Of a DNA stretch of 64,000 nt, positions 63,121 to 64,000 are shown piece by piece (within the stretch, counting starts at the first letter, position 1; each line of letters opens with the position of its first letter). Position numbers and translations under genes: made by a program. Location: assembly GCF_018977255.1 (NCBI RefSeq), contig NW_024704743.1, forward strand, positions 66,094,001 through 66,158,000, written 5' to 3'. The notes beneath the pieces are model-generated. The model did not search any database and was not told where the DNA came from. It was given only the letters and a program-made list of their open reading frames with translations. The DNA is from Callorhinchus milii (Eukaryota).

Positions 63121-63864
63121 AAATGTAGATTCAAACTTCCAGATTCCAAATGATTGGTGACTTGAGTGAGACACAAACAACAGAATAACTTGAATTTTTT
63201 AGTGCCCTTCATGCAGGGTAGTGTCTCGGAGTCCTGAATAATGGCAAATTTTGATGTTGATCTGGAGTGAAAGAGGAGGTCATAGTTGAAGAAGCAAGTC
63301 TTTGAAGACGAAGAATTGAGGCAGGGAGTTCCAGAAGTTTGGAGCATGGTGACTGAAGACATGGCTGCTTTATGGTGGAGCAGAGGAGTCGAGGGACATA
63401 CAGAAGGCCCGAGCAAGCAGAGCAAAGCTGTGGGTAGAGGAGTAGGGTGTACAACAACTTGCATTTCTATAGTGCCCTTCATGTAGAGTAATGTTTCAGA
63501 GCATTGTAACAGCTGGGATAGCAGTGTTTTGGAAAACAAAATCCTAAGGGATACCAGGTTTTGAAATTGAACTTCACTATCGACCTTCAGAAGAGGGAAT
63601 CTAAGGGAACATTTAAGGAGAGAAAACTCCTCTGAAGTTGTTGCTTATCCTCCAGGAGTAATTCAGACCATTGATAACCATCAGCCTCCTTTATTATTTA
63701 GAGATGTAATCTACATGCATGCCTTACCTGGTGCTTTCTCACATACCAATGAAGTCTATCAGTTTTGTGAATTGCAGGTTTCTCATGGTTTAGTGCTTAG
63801 ATTTAAGTCTTCTTCACTGGGGGTGAAACTTGCGACGTGCAATGTGATGATAGAAAATACCACC

Positions 63865-63968
63865 CTGGCTGCTGGTATCAGATTTCCCATCCCCCACCTC
63901 CAGTCTTTGTTGGGTCATCTGGCTGCAGGTATGAAGTTCCCCCCCTCCCCTCCTGTCTTTGTTGGGTC
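63865..63968. repeat. Two-unit tandem duplication of about 52 bp
   Basis: CTGGCTGC.GGTAT....CTCC.GTCTTTGTTGGGTC at 63865-63916 and 63919-63968. Confidence 0.75.
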
Positions 63969-64000
63969 CGACACTGCCTGCGACTACCAATGAATTACTA

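Overview
This is non-coding vertebrate genomic DNA (intronic or intergenic), not prokaryotic. The repeat content points to a cartilaginous fish, probably a chimaera such as Callorhinchus; this is inferred from remembered repeat families, not from a search. No host protein-coding gene, intact RNA gene or intact transposon ORF is recognisable. The window is a stack of mobile-element layers: (1) L2-clade LINE 3' fragments with broken RT and (TTG)n tails; (2) a young tRNA-Ala-like SINE with a CORE-like segment and an L2-type stem-loop tail, in long and short variants; (3) an older DeuSINE (SacSINE1/AmnSINE-like); (4) CR1 3' ends; (5) a Penelope-like element carrying a decayed hammerhead ribozyme; (6) hAT and Tc1/mariner MITEs and transposase relics; (7) an unnamed ~700-bp non-coding A-tailed repeat ('family X', about 9 copies). 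The observations most worth following up are family X, the swap of the SINE tail loop to match the resident L2, a templated double-hairpin insertion at 53.8 kb, twin hAT MITEs, and nested insertions that order the families in time. Repeat boundaries were read by eye and are approximate, especially for old copies.
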